Counted from the first letter of the stretch, positions 46,975 to 57,258 are shown. The stretch: DNA of 64,000 nucleotides from Minisyncoccia bacterium (GCA_041738755.1 JBGSPE010000011.1:6658-70657); one strand, 5' to 3'. A program made the numbers and translations. Notes: a model not told the origin generated them from the letters alone.

Positions 46975-47502
46975 ATGGAATTACAGCCAACTAACACTGC
47001 CCCTTTAGTCGTTGTGGTCGCAATGAGTAGCGAACATCAGGCAATTGGTAATAAAAATGGATTACTCTGGCACCTCCCGGCCGACCTAAAACACTTCAAG
47101 CAATTGACGCTTGGCCACCCTATCATCATGGGTCGCAAGACGTTTGAGTCGATTATAGACATTCTTGGCAAGCCACTACCAGGACGAAGTAATATTGTTA
47201 TCACGAGAGACACTGCGTACCAATACGAGGGTGCTACGGTAGCCCATTCGCTAGCAGAGGCAGTTGAAATCGCACGTAAAGAAGATCCCAGCGAAATCCA
47301 CATTGGCGGCGGGGCTGAAATCTACAGACAAGTACTGCCGATGCTCGACCGATTACATGTGACATGGGTCTTTGATGAACCAGAAGCAGATACCTTTTTC
47401 CCACCATTTAGAGACGACTTTGAAGTAGCTGGTCAAAGTGATACACAGACACACGAAGGAATTACCTTCCAGTGGGTCGACTACGTCAGGAAGCGGTCGT
47501 AA
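46975..47502 (+). CDS. folA: dihydrofolate reductase
   Basis: VVAMSSEHQAIGNKNGLLWHLPADLKHFKQLTLGHPIIMGRKTFESI...GRSNIVITR...IHIGGGAEIYRQ. Confidence 0.85.
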   Translation: MELQPTNTAPLVVVVAMSSEHQAIGNKNGLLWHLPADLKHFKQLTLGHPIIMGRKTFESIIDILGKPLPGRSNIVITRDTAYQYEGATVAHSLAEAVEIARKEDPSEIHIGGGAEIYRQVLPMLDRLHVTWVFDEPEADTFFPPFRDDFEVAGQSDTQTHEGITFQWVDYVRKRS

Positions 47503-48191
47503 AGCACCCGAAACGTATCTTGCTCTGGCTTCACAAATAGCTCATCTTTAGTGAGTGTCTCGGTAAAGGTAAGGTTCGGCGTATCTCGGACAACCACGAG
47601 TGGTGTAGATTCATTCGTTTCTCCCATTGCGAGCGTTGCTCCGGCCGCAATTGCATCAACGATATTTGTCACCTCGACTTTAAACGGTCGGCCAAATAAG
47701 TCAGGTTTCCCCACATGACTGACTGTCGGTTCAAATCCCCACCAACCAATCGCAATGCCAAGTGCACCGCGCCTCAGTGGCGTTGAGTGACTGTCGACAA
47801 TCACCACTCCGATGTCTTTTCGCCCACTTCGTTTTACAAAATACTCGTACCACTCTTTGGCACTCACAAAGGGATTGTCTGGAAGGGTGATGTAATATCC
47901 ATCACCATTACTCTCATCTACTCCAGCGTTTCCAATAAATGCGTTGTGCTTGATAGTGAGCGGCGACGGCCAGTAGGTGCGCTCAATACTGACTTCAGCT
48001 TCTTCAGCTACCAGCTGCTTTTTATCAACCTCCCCCACTGGTACACAGTTCCCTTCATGAATCGCCACCACCTTTGAAGAAAGCACGATAATATCTCCGC
48101 TCTTAAGCGGTAGCTCAACTTCATCAAGAGCCACTCCTAAGTCGTCTTTAGGTGGCATAAGCGTTCTTAGCCTGACCGGAAAATATTCCAT
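47481..48191 (-). CDS. CofE-like gamma-glutamyl ligase family protein (F420-0:gamma-glutamyl ligase fold)
   Basis: GDIIVLSSKVVAIHEG and IGNAGVD...GIAIGWWGF patterns. 236 aa. Confidence 0.4.
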   Translation of the reverse strand: MEYFPVRLRTLMPPKDDLGVALDEVELPLKSGDIIVLSSKVVAIHEGNCVPVGEVDKKQLVAEEAEVSIERTYWPSPLTIKHNAFIGNAGVDESNGDGYYITLPDNPFVSAKEWYEYFVKRSGRKDIGVVIVDSHSTPLRRGALGIAIGWWGFEPTVSHVGKPDLFGRPFKVEVTNIVDAIAAGATLAMGETNESTPLVVVRDTPNLTFTETLTKDELFVKPEQDTFRVLYDRFLT

Positions 48192-48271
48192 TAGTTGCTA
48201 CTATACTGCTTTTTAGAAATAAAAAAACCAGGAGCACGAGACTCCTGGCAATGGTCAATCTGACACTGTGG

Positions 48272-48727
48272 TTATAGTTTTGACGGGCGCTTATCATACT
48301 CCTTCAGCTGTTCGAGTAAAGGGTGATCTTTAATCTGCATACACAGTAGACCCGTAAGATTCACAATCTCAAGATTAAGCAAAGTGCTGTTTGCCCAAAA
48401 GGATAAATCGAAAATTATCGGATGCCACTGAATATGTTTGTTTTGGAAAATTTTTCCAACCTGGACGTATTCACGAGTACAGAATGTGAATACCTTATGA
48501 AAGACATCCATAGCCTCAGTCTTAAAACAGTGATTCTTCTGATGGATTTGTTGCTCGCCTTGCAAGACGTACGTAGCATCGCTGAACTGAACGATAAGGA
48601 CTAGCCGGCGATTCAGTGTGGGTTTATCTTCATTTGATTGTTTGTCTTCCGGTCGGAATATTTTTGCGACCCGCTTCAGAGTGGTTCTTACCATTACTTT
48701 CGTCTCCGTAAAATGATTTTTGTGCAA
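48272..48727 (-). CDS. hypothetical protein
   Basis: 151-aa AT-rich ORF with no recognisable motifs. Confidence 0.25.
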   Translation of the reverse strand: MHKNHFTETKVMVRTTLKRVAKIFRPEDKQSNEDKPTLNRRLVLIVQFSDATYVLQGEQQIHQKNHCFKTEAMDVFHKVFTFCTREYVQVGKIFQNKHIQWHPIIFDLSFWANSTLLNLEIVNLTGLLCMQIKDHPLLEQLKEYDKRPSKL

Positions 48728-48927
48728 TTCCTGGTCTTAGGACGCACAGAACAATTTTTTCTTACAAAACCCTTTGATTAAGACACAAAACCGCCCTTCC
48801 GGGCGGTTTTGTGTAGGTCATTTGTATAGGTAGTTAATCAACAACCTTTACTCCTTACAGGAGCAGTACACCTTATCGCCACTTTGCTCCAGGTATTCGC
48901 AAAGTTACTGGCAAGGTCCGTAAAAGC

Positions 48928-49353
48928 TTACTCAATCACTTTTACGCCCATAGACCGACAGGTTCCTTCAACTGTCTTCATAGCTGCTTCAATTGAAGCG
49001 GCATTAAGGTCTGGCATTTTTGTCTCAGCCACTTCCCGTATTTGGGCCTTGGTGATAGTTCCAACGGTAGAAACCTTGTTCTTAGATGCACCCTTGTCCT
49101 TGCCAATCTTCTTAAGGATGAGTCGTGACATTGGAGATACCTTAACGACGAAGTCAAAACTTCGGTCATCGTAGACATTGATGATAACTGGTACCACATC
49201 CCCCATTCGGTCTCGAGTTTGTTCGTTGAATTGATTTACGAACTCTCCGATATTGATACCAGCTTGTCCAAGTACCGGTCCAAGTGGTGGAGCTGGTGTA
49301 GCCTTACCTCCCACTGCTTGTACTTTAATTTGTTTGGTTAGTTTCTTTGCCAT
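48928..49353 (-). CDS. rplK: 50S ribosomal protein uL11
   Basis: MAKKLTKQIKVQAVGGKATPAPPLGPVLGQAGINI... Confidence 0.95.
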   Translation of the reverse strand: MAKKLTKQIKVQAVGGKATPAPPLGPVLGQAGINIGEFVNQFNEQTRDRMGDVVPVIINVYDDRSFDFVVKVSPMSRLILKKIGKDKGASKNKVSTVGTITKAQIREVAETKMPDLNAASIEAAMKTVEGTCRSMGVKVIE

Positions 49354-49460
49354 GTTGTTTAAATTTATGTTGTGTGAGTAGGCCGTGGTCCATAGTCACG
49401 CCCTCCTCTGAAGCCCGCACATCGTACAAGAGAAATCGACTTTTTGCAACAAAAAATAAA

Positions 49461-49492
49461 AGCTGCGGTGCTCGCCGCAGCTTTTTATTAAG
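49461..49492. terminator. stem-loop terminator/attenuator between nusG and rplK
   Basis: AAAAGCTGCGGTGCTCGCCGCAGCTTTTTATT. Confidence 0.6.
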
Positions 49493-49737
49493 AGGACACT
49501 GTCCATTGAGGATTAGCCGTAGTGCGCCAAATTGAACGAGCATTCAATCCAGTCAAGCTTTTCTTTGATTATCTGCTCATGGTGATGTCACAAAAGCAAC
49601 GAGCAGCAAAGTGGAAGGGTTTGTGTCGGCCCAACTCAAACTGTCCTCACCCCCATTCAAGCGCTCAGCGTGTGGTCGATTGGCCTCGTTGCCATTGCAC
49701 CCAGAACCTGGGAACCTGAGTTCGCTCCACTGAGTAT

Positions 49738-49775
49738 AGCAAAAAGCCGCGGGTGAAGCTCGCGGCTTTTTGCTA
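49738..49775. terminator. stem-loop terminator downstream of nusG
   Basis: AGCAAAAAGCCGCGGGTGAAGCTCGCGGCTTTTTGCT. Confidence 0.6.
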
Positions 49776-49905
49776 TACATTTAACTAAACTTTCAAAATG
49801 AGATGTAGGACGCGAAGATTAGGAATTTTGCGAGGAAGACGTACTCAATGTACGGTGACTGAGCAACATTCCGTAGCGACAAAGTACTACGCTCATTTTG
49901 AGAGT

Positions 49906-50451
49906 TTAGACCTTCTTAATTTGGAGGAAGTCCAACTCTACTGGAGTCTCCCGACCAAACATAGATACCAATACCTTCACCTTTCCACTCTTCTCATCGA
50001 CTTCTCCAACACGTCCTTCGAGTTCCTTGAATGGACCGTCGACAATCGTCACAATATCTCCAGCTGAGAGATCTACCTTGTGCTTGACGGTATCAGTCGT
50101 CATTTGCTTCATGAGTTCATTGTACTCAGCTTCAGTAAGGGGAACTGGCTGGGTACCACTTCCTACGAAACCAGTTACTCGTGGCGTATTTCGGACGACA
50201 AACCATGACTCATCATCCACCATCATTTCAACCAAAACGTATCCAGGGTAGATTCGTTCTTCTTCAGTCACTCGCTTCCCTCCTTTCACGCGAATCTTCT
50301 TTTCAGTTGGAACAACCACATTGAAAATTTTGTCGTTCATGTTGAGTGAGTCGATTCGTTGCTTCAAGTTTCGAGCTACCGCATTCTCATACCCAGAATA
50401 GGTGTGAATGACGTACCAGTTTCGCTCTCCAGTGCTATGTTGTTTTGCCAT
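49906..50451 (-). CDS. nusG: transcription termination/antitermination factor NusG
   Basis: NGN domain NWYVIHTYSGYEN and KOW motif GDIVTIVDGPFKELEGRV. The start is taken at MAKQHS, overlapping the secE stop. Confidence 0.9.
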   Translation of the reverse strand: MAKQHSTGERNWYVIHTYSGYENAVARNLKQRIDSLNMNDKIFNVVVPTEKKIRVKGGKRVTEEERIYPGYVLVEMMVDDESWFVVRNTPRVTGFVGSGTQPVPLTEAEYNELMKQMTTDTVKHKVDLSAGDIVTIVDGPFKELEGRVGEVDEKSGKVKVLVSMFGRETPVELDFLQIKKV

Positions 50452-50455
50452 ATAA

Positions 50456-50644
50456 TTAGAATGTGTTAACGAGGAAATTAAGTCCTTGTGAAAAAAGGTA
50501 GTCAAACGCTCCAACGTAGAGTGCGACAATAACAGAAATAGCTACCACGAGTAAGGTGTAGAGGAGTGCTTGTTTTTGTGATGGCCAAGATACTTGTCTG
50601 AGTTCAGCGTAGGTAGCTCGGAAGTAGGTAGTGAGTCGGTTCAT
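50456..50644 (-). CDS. secE: preprotein translocase subunit SecE
   Basis: 62 aa with a single TM helix, a secE-like AELRQVSWPSQKQALLYTLLVVAISVI segment, and a conserved position upstream of nusG. Confidence 0.7.
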   Translation of the reverse strand: MNRLTTYFRATYAELRQVSWPSQKQALLYTLLVVAISVIVALYVGAFDYLFSQGLNFLVNTF

Positions 50645-51024
50645 GATAGTGGTGATTAGTGATAATGTTGCCCTGAGGGTGTTTTGATTTAAGGGTCCAG
50701 CGATATTGTCTAGGGCAAAGTGGTAACATTGCTGAACGTGCGTTCCTTTGCAGCTCTCCGCCAGTAGATTCTCCCTTGGGGGTCGAATCTACTGAGGAGC
50801 CTGCATGACCTAGTTTTTAGGAAGAATTTATTCGACCATAAAAACGGAAATGCTCTTGTGGTGAAATTCAGCATAGTCGCAGCTTTGCTGCTCCTTGCCT
50901 CATTTAAAAAAATCGCCTCTCGGCGGTTATTTACTATCATACGCTTATATCAAAAATTGTAAAGTGTAGCTTATACGAACGCAAAAAAGCCGGGGGCTAC
51001 CGCCCCCGGCCTTTTAGTAAAGCC

Positions 51025-51807
51025 TTATTTCACCTCGTACGTGACATTTACCGTCACGCTGGTCGTCTCCTCCCCGACTGGTAACTCTGGGCTCATAAAG
51101 TCACCAGCTTTAGCTTCCATAGCTACCGGCGTATCGTACATTGGATACATGCCCATATCTTCGTAGTAACTCACCATGCGGACAATTTCAACTCCGAGCT
51201 GGTCAGCTAAGATTTCTGCTTTCGCCTTGGCGTCTTCAATCGCGACCCTCTGGGCTTCTGCCTTTAGTGCATCGGTATCATCAATCGTAAAGGTAAGCCC
51301 ACTGATGTTACTAGCTTCACGTTCTCCAACTCCGGCGATAATTGCTCCCGCCTTATCGGTTGCTCGTACTTTCACGGTTACCGTTTGAAATACTTCAAAC
51401 CCATCTTCAATTTGCTCACCAGGAGGACAGAACGTATTGATTGGACACGGTCGTTCTTCAAACCGGTAGCGTGGCACAAGATTGTACCCTTCTGTTTTAA
51501 TATCTCTGTCTTCAATACCCTGTTCTTTTAAGTACGCTAAGATAGCATTCATCTTGGTAGCTGATTGTCCTTGGGCCTCTTCAGAAGTTGAAGCCTGTGC
51601 TTGTACCGTGAAAGAAAATTGTCCCAAGTCAGGCACTGCCAACACTTCTCCTTTGCCGCCAACCGAAATTGTTGATGGCATATTATTAGCATGTTTCGCT
51701 TGTTCCAGCGTCAGGTACGCATAGCTCAAGAGTGCAATAACTACAACGACGAGTGTCAATGAGCCGAGAGCTCGATTGAAGGTTGAGTGAAAAAAATGAT
51801 GGTCCAT
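51025..51807 (-). CDS. SIMPL/DUF541-domain periplasmic protein
   Basis: N-terminal TM helix, then ISVGGKGEVLAVPDLGQFSFTV...AILAYLKEQGIEDRDIKTEGYNLVPRY, typical of the SIMPL family. Confidence 0.55.
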   Translation of the reverse strand: MDHHFFHSTFNRALGSLTLVVVVIALLSYAYLTLEQAKHANNMPSTISVGGKGEVLAVPDLGQFSFTVQAQASTSEEAQGQSATKMNAILAYLKEQGIEDRDIKTEGYNLVPRYRFEERPCPINTFCPPGEQIEDGFEVFQTVTVKVRATDKAGAIIAGVGEREASNISGLTFTIDDTDALKAEAQRVAIEDAKAKAEILADQLGVEIVRMVSYYEDMGMYPMYDTPVAMEAKAGDFMSPELPVGEETTSVTVNVTYEVK

Positions 51808-51814
51808 ATACTGA

Positions 51815-52762
51815 TTAATTAATGAGTGTTAAAAAACTTCTAATTGCTCGTCGGATGGTTGCGCCGGTCTCTTCCCCTGTACCGCACACTTCTGTAAACG
51901 CAACCATATCTTCTGCTGCCAAGGACGGGGGCTGTACAATCTCTTCCATTAAATAGTACATCAGTGAACCCTCACCTTCAACGTGGTCAATGCCTAGAGC
52001 ATGCCCAAATTCATGTGCCAAGACGCGCTCTAGTTCTGCATCATTAGAAAACTTGTAGATATTTATCCGATCTCCCTGGTAGTCTCCCTGAGTAAACTCA
52101 CGACTAAAGCCAAACTGCTGATTATATGATTCTACTTCCCGGTTATACTGATCAACGAGCACTTGTCCTTGTTCCCCGAGCTTATTTACTTCCGCAATCA
52201 AGTCATTCAACGTTCTGGTTTCAGCCTCTAGCGCATCTGACTCAGTTGCCAAGGCTCGTCGCTCTGCTTCAAGCTCAGCAAAGACACTTTCTGGTGCACC
52301 TCCCTGGTCGTTATAGCGGGCCACTTCTTGATTATAGGTACGCAAGCGAGATTCATAGGCAGCCAAGCGAACTTCGTACGCATTTTTTAGCGTTTGGTAC
52401 TCTTGTTGCAATCTCTCAATATTAAAGAAGATTTCTTCATTAGTAGCCTTTTTTTCATCGAGAGCTGCTTTCTCGCTGGTCTCTGAGTCAGCTAAGGCTT
52501 GTCGTTCATCAAATACGAAATTTACGGTAAAGTCGGCCGACTCATCGTAGGTAAACAATTCCCAACCGCTTTCTTCTTCCCAGACTCGCTCAGCCGCTTC
52601 GACATGAGCCCGAGCTTCCAGAGGAGATAAATTAAATGAACTATCAATTTCACCAATTCGGTACGAAAGTGGCACTGGGCACAAGTGTTTAGTATCTTGG
52701 TACCAATACACACTACCAAGAACCAAGGTGGCAATGAGAAAATATAGAAAACTACTACGCAT
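51815..52762 (-). CDS. secreted zinc metalloprotease (metzincin/matrixin-like) with a coiled-coil region
   Basis: HEFGHALGIDHVEGEGSLMYY (HExxHxxGxxH plus a Met-turn) and a signal peptide. Confidence 0.55.
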   Translation of the reverse strand: MRSSFLYFLIATLVLGSVYWYQDTKHLCPVPLSYRIGEIDSSFNLSPLEARAHVEAAERVWEEESGWELFTYDESADFTVNFVFDERQALADSETSEKAALDEKKATNEEIFFNIERLQQEYQTLKNAYEVRLAAYESRLRTYNQEVARYNDQGGAPESVFAELEAERRALATESDALEAETRTLNDLIAEVNKLGEQGQVLVDQYNREVESYNQQFGFSREFTQGDYQGDRINIYKFSNDAELERVLAHEFGHALGIDHVEGEGSLMYYLMEEIVQPPSLAAEDMVAFTEVCGTGEETGATIRRAIRSFLTLIN

Positions 52763-53012
52763 AAGCCTTTAAGCTAAACATGTCTCGGAAGAAAAAACAA
52801 ACGGCACAGAGCGGGGACTGCGTAGTCGCGATACGTAGTCCCTATTCTGTGCCGTTTATAATATAAAACAGTTCGCAAGAGTGTTCTCTCACCCTTTCAT
52901 CATACCGCATCAGCCACTTCCGAGCGCAAAGATTTCAACAGGCAAAAGAAAATCCCTTGGACACTCGAAACGAATCGAAGTGTCCAAGGGACTAAGACTT
53001 AAAGACCATGAT

Positions 53013-53639
53013 TCAGACAGTCAGGTGCGGCACGACCAACTGCAGATAACGGTTGGTGATCCAAGAACAATCCTGGTCGAAATGATTTACCCAAACCCTA
53101 AGCCTGCTACGGTACTCGCTGACAATGGCGACGAATAATTTACCCTCAACTTCAAATAGAAAGAAGGTTGCGTAGTTACTATTACGTAAGAGGCTGCGAA
53201 ATCTATAAGCAAACCCGGTGATTTGTCCCTGACTCAGTACAAGTGAGCTAGGATCAGTTGAGAGCGAACCGAACAGAGTTTGATAATCGCCAGCCTTCGA
53301 CACCTCATAGATATCGACGACGGTTTCGTCTGTGTCATGACCAGCTCTGTCCGTACCCAGCGACTTAAAGTCATCATCAATGTTGCCAGTGAAGACGTCA
53401 CTTGCCTCTGCGAGCATTACTTCACCCTTCGTCGGAGCCAGAGTCGTCGACTCTTTATACCAAAGATACGTAGTGCTACGAATCCTACCTTCAACAACAA
53501 GACCAACTGGGTCGGTCAAAAAGCTAAGATGCCTTTTCAGTCGCAGCGGGTTTTCGATCCAATTCTGCATCATATCTGGCCGAACATCAGGCAATGCTTG
53601 ATTGATGACTGAGATGAACTTGGCAGTTTGTCTATCCAT
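53013..53639 (-). CDS. hypothetical protein
   Basis: 208-aa ORF with no recognisable motifs. Confidence 0.3.
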   Translation of the reverse strand: MDRQTAKFISVINQALPDVRPDMMQNWIENPLRLKRHLSFLTDPVGLVVEGRIRSTTYLWYKESTTLAPTKGEVMLAEASDVFTGNIDDDFKSLGTDRAGHDTDETVVDIYEVSKAGDYQTLFGSLSTDPSSLVLSQGQITGFAYRFRSLLRNSNYATFFLFEVEGKLFVAIVSEYRSRLRVWVNHFDQDCSWITNRYLQLVVPHLTV

Positions 53640-53847
53640 GACGTTTTTTCCTATCGGGTTTCGTCAGTCGCTAGAGGGCCTAACCATGTAATTGGGTTTG
53701 CCATAGCTGTCGATAGTCAATTACTTCACTTGCGACAGCTATAGCAAACATGTAAAAGAACTTCTGGTATTTGACTATAAAACTGGTTTAAATGCAATAG
53801 TACACAAAACAGCCGGTCGCGAAGCGACCGGCTGTTTTGTGTATTTT

Positions 53848-55536
53848 TTACTTCTTACTCGCTTCCTGTTCTTGCAACTTCTTGCGCACCATTTGTTGGG
53901 CTGCATTCATAGAGTGCTGATAGTAGAGACTCTTGATGCCTTGCTTCCACGCTTGGATATACAACTGGTTGATATCCTTCACTGGTGTATCAGGTGCCAC
54001 CATGATGTTGAGTGACTGACCTTGGTCAATGTATTGCTGGCGGTCGGCCGCTTGTTCAATAATCTTGCTTTGGTCGATTTCTGAGAAGGTTCGGAACACC
54101 GCTCGCTCATTATCAGAAAGGAAATCGAGGTGCTGAACTGAACCATCATTGTCTCGAATACTATCCCAGGTGACTTTGTCATCCTTTCCTTTTGAAGCCA
54201 AGAGCGCTTGCAAGGTTGGGTTTTTAATCGTCACCTTCATCTTCGCAACGTCTTTGACGTAGCAGTTTGACCAGATTGGTTCAATACCTTGTGAGACCTG
54301 ACCGAGAATAAAGGCTGAAGACGTGGTTGGTGCAATCGCCATAAGTGTACTGTTGCGACGACCATAGCCCTTGAGAACCTCTGGTTCTCCAAGCTCAGTT
54401 GCCAGTCGCTTTGACTCTTCTAGTGCCTTGGTATGGATAGTTGAGAATACTTCTGAGTTCAGCGTAGCCCCCTCATCACTTTCAAAGGCTAGCTCTTTAG
54501 CCTGCAAGAGTGAGTGGTAGCCAAGGACACCGAGACCGAGAGCGCGGTTGGCTTTCGCGAAGTTGTACGCTCGTGACATGAAGTCAAAGGCTCGACGCTT
54601 TTCTTCATTTTCATGATCTCGCATCGCTTCGAGCTTCACAATGAAGTCTTCCATCACAGCATCAAGGAAGGCGGTCATAGTTTCTACCAAGTCGGTATCT
54701 TTCCATGCATCATAGTGGAGCAAGTTGATTGAAGAGAGACAACACACAAATGACCAGTCAGCCTTGCTTGGAAGCATGATCTCGCTACACATGTTACTGG
54801 CGTAGATAGTGAGATTCTGATCTTTGTAGGCGTCAACAGTATTTTTATTGGCCGTGTCATTGAACATGATGTATGGGTAACCCATTTCACCACGTCGTTG
54901 AATAATTCGAGCCCAAATCTTTCGCTTGGCTTCATCGCCCGCAATCATACTCTCCATCCACTCATCCCCTACCGTTACCCCGTGCGTAAGCTTTTGGATT
55001 GGATTTCCTTCAGTTCCAATATCAAGGAACTCCATGACGTCTGGGTGCTCAGCTGGGAGATACGGTGAGAAGTGCCCGCGACGAACTGACCCTTGGCTTA
55101 CCACATTGATAAGGGTTTCAAACAGCTGCATGAAGTGTACCGAACCAGACGAGTGTCCATTTCCATCTGAAATTCCTGCTCCTCGCTCACGTACGGCTCC
55201 GAAGTAGCCTGAGCAACCTCCGCCGTACTTACTCATCATCCCAACTTCGGCGTTCGTAAAGAGAATACTCCCCATATTGTCATCAACGTACGACCCAAAA
55301 CAACTAATTGGGAGGCCTTTGTTAATACCAAAGTTTGACCACACTGGTGAAGCCAGTGAAATCCAGCCCTTTGACATGTAGTCAACGAACTTATCAGCGA
55401 AGCCTGGGCGGTTTAAAAATGTTTCCGCAGCTTTAGCTATAACGGTAATTCGGTCTTCGGCGGTTTGGCCTTCATTCAAATATCCTCGGGCTAGAAACGC
55501 GCGACTGTTATCGTTAAGCCAATACCATGGTTCCAT
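53848..55536 (-). CDS. nrdA: ribonucleotide reductase class I catalytic (alpha) subunit, short form without an ATP-cone
   Basis: The NMCSEI active-site motif, the APTTSSA loop, and the C-terminal SLYY tyrosine pair. 562 aa. Confidence 0.8.
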   Translation of the reverse strand: MEPWYWLNDNSRAFLARGYLNEGQTAEDRITVIAKAAETFLNRPGFADKFVDYMSKGWISLASPVWSNFGINKGLPISCFGSYVDDNMGSILFTNAEVGMMSKYGGGCSGYFGAVRERGAGISDGNGHSSGSVHFMQLFETLINVVSQGSVRRGHFSPYLPAEHPDVMEFLDIGTEGNPIQKLTHGVTVGDEWMESMIAGDEAKRKIWARIIQRRGEMGYPYIMFNDTANKNTVDAYKDQNLTIYASNMCSEIMLPSKADWSFVCCLSSINLLHYDAWKDTDLVETMTAFLDAVMEDFIVKLEAMRDHENEEKRRAFDFMSRAYNFAKANRALGLGVLGYHSLLQAKELAFESDEGATLNSEVFSTIHTKALEESKRLATELGEPEVLKGYGRRNSTLMAIAPTTSSAFILGQVSQGIEPIWSNCYVKDVAKMKVTIKNPTLQALLASKGKDDKVTWDSIRDNDGSVQHLDFLSDNERAVFRTFSEIDQSKIIEQAADRQQYIDQGQSLNIMVAPDTPVKDINQLYIQAWKQGIKSLYYQHSMNAAQQMVRKKLQEQEASKK

Positions 55537-55569
55537 ATACTTTCTTTCTGTTAGGCGTTGTTAAGTTTT

Positions 55570-56883
55570 TTAGAAGAGGTCGTCACTTGTGACACTTGAT
55601 GATCGTTTGTTGTAGTTGATTGATCGCTTGTGGAAGAAGTCGACGTGCTTGGTAGCAATAACTTCGTTATCAAACCAGTCTGTTTCCTCAAGGAGAGCGT
55701 CACTCACTTGGAAGATACGCGGCATACCAATCGCTGCGAGTGAATTATTGAACCGGTGTTTGATGAACTCCTTCACGTTAGCGGCTGGAAGGAAACTCAA
55801 TTCCCCTGCTTCATAAATCCAATCTACCACTTTGCTTTCAGCTTCAAATGCTTCGATACACGCTTGTTCAATCATAGCTTTACATTCATCATCAAACCAT
55901 TCTGGGTGTTCGCTCTTGATGATATTAATCACATCAATCCCAAACATACCATGGAGATTTTCTTCTTTTGAAGTCGCTTCAACTGCGTTACTAATACCTT
56001 TGAAGATATTTCGGTGCTTGTTGAATGACATGATAATCAAGAACTGTGAGAACAGTGAGACGTGCTCAACAAAAAGTGAGAAGAGCATGACTGACTTGAA
56101 GTACTCACGATTGTCTTGGGTACGAGATAGTTCACTGACCTTATCAAGGTAATCCATCCGTTCTTGAATAACGGGAATATTTTTGATGTTCTTGAATTCA
56201 TTATTGAGTCCAAGAATTTCAAGCAAGTGTGAGTAGGCGTCAGTGTGACGAACTTCTGACTCAGCAAAGGTCGCTCCGACTGCTCCAATCTCAGCCTTTG
56301 GCATCTTCTTGTAGATATCACCCCAGAAGCTCTTTACTGACACTTCAATCTGAGCAATCGCAAGCATGGCATTCTTGATAGCACTTCTCTCAACGTCGTT
56401 TACGTTGACGTGAAAATCCTGTACGTCAGATGTGTAGTTGAACTCGGTGTGGACCCAGTATGAGTGTCGAATAGCGTTTGTGTATTCGTAGAGATCAGGA
56501 TATTCGTATGGCTTGAGGTGCGCTCGCTTGGCGAAGATGTCTCGTTCTCGGAGTTTCTTTCGTTCGTTTCGGTAAATGATGTAAGTCTTGGCCGTAACAT
56601 ACAAATCCTTTTCCATGAGGGCTTGTTCTACCAAGTCTTGGATTTCTTCAACAGCTGGACTTCCATCAATACATTTACGAGCAATCGGGTCTTCTGGAGA
56701 GGCGGTACCAGCCTGCACACACATAGCGACCACTTTTTGGTGAGCCAGCTCAGCCACTTCAATTGCGACTGAACGATCTCCTTCACCGGTTTCAGCAAGA
56801 GCTTTCGCTACAGCGTTTTCAATCTTGGTGATATCAAACGGCTTGACTGAGCCGTCACGCTTGCGAATGGTTTCAATTTTCAT
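55570..56883 (-). CDS. nrdB: ribonucleotide reductase radical-generating (beta) subunit fused to an N-terminal ATP-cone
   Basis: The N-terminus IRKRDGSVKPFDITKIENAVAKA is an ATP-cone. The remainder is a ferritin-like R2 with two E..H iron ligand motifs (ESEVRHTDAY; EENLHGMFG). Confidence 0.75.
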   Translation of the reverse strand: MKIETIRKRDGSVKPFDITKIENAVAKALAETGEGDRSVAIEVAELAHQKVVAMCVQAGTASPEDPIARKCIDGSPAVEEIQDLVEQALMEKDLYVTAKTYIIYRNERKKLRERDIFAKRAHLKPYEYPDLYEYTNAIRHSYWVHTEFNYTSDVQDFHVNVNDVERSAIKNAMLAIAQIEVSVKSFWGDIYKKMPKAEIGAVGATFAESEVRHTDAYSHLLEILGLNNEFKNIKNIPVIQERMDYLDKVSELSRTQDNREYFKSVMLFSLFVEHVSLFSQFLIIMSFNKHRNIFKGISNAVEATSKEENLHGMFGIDVINIIKSEHPEWFDDECKAMIEQACIEAFEAESKVVDWIYEAGELSFLPAANVKEFIKHRFNNSLAAIGMPRIFQVSDALLEETDWFDNEVIATKHVDFFHKRSINYNKRSSSVTSDDLF

Positions 56884-57258
56884 ACGAATAATTATGCTTT
56901 TAAGGTTGTACGTTGGGACGTAAAATCACGCGCGAACATAATTGGTGGTAGATTTGTTAGCCTATGATACCGGCTAACACAATTAGGTTCAAGAGCGATT
57001 AGGTAAGGTTGCGACAAACACACCGCCGTATAAGTTTACAGCCTTTGAAACTTAGAAAGTTGTGTGTCTTACCTCCGACACACGAGACGCCGTGTGATTT
57101 ATTTACTATAGCATTAATCGAGGGCTTGGCCATTTCTCAAGGCATCAAAAAAAGGTTATTTTTCGTTCGCTATCCACAGGGTTTTTGGGGACAGCCGGTT
57201 AGAGAATACTTTTACGTTTTGCCAAGATTATCAACCGGTGAAAATTGTTTTGTGGTAT

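Noticed and set aside
50645-51024. tRNA-Trp or rpmG (L33) upstream of secE, as found in many bacteria
   Set aside because: Translating both strands gave no L33-like CxxC...CxxC peptide. The long hairpin at about 50751-50790 does not fold into a cloverleaf. The 76-aa ORF there lacks motifs.
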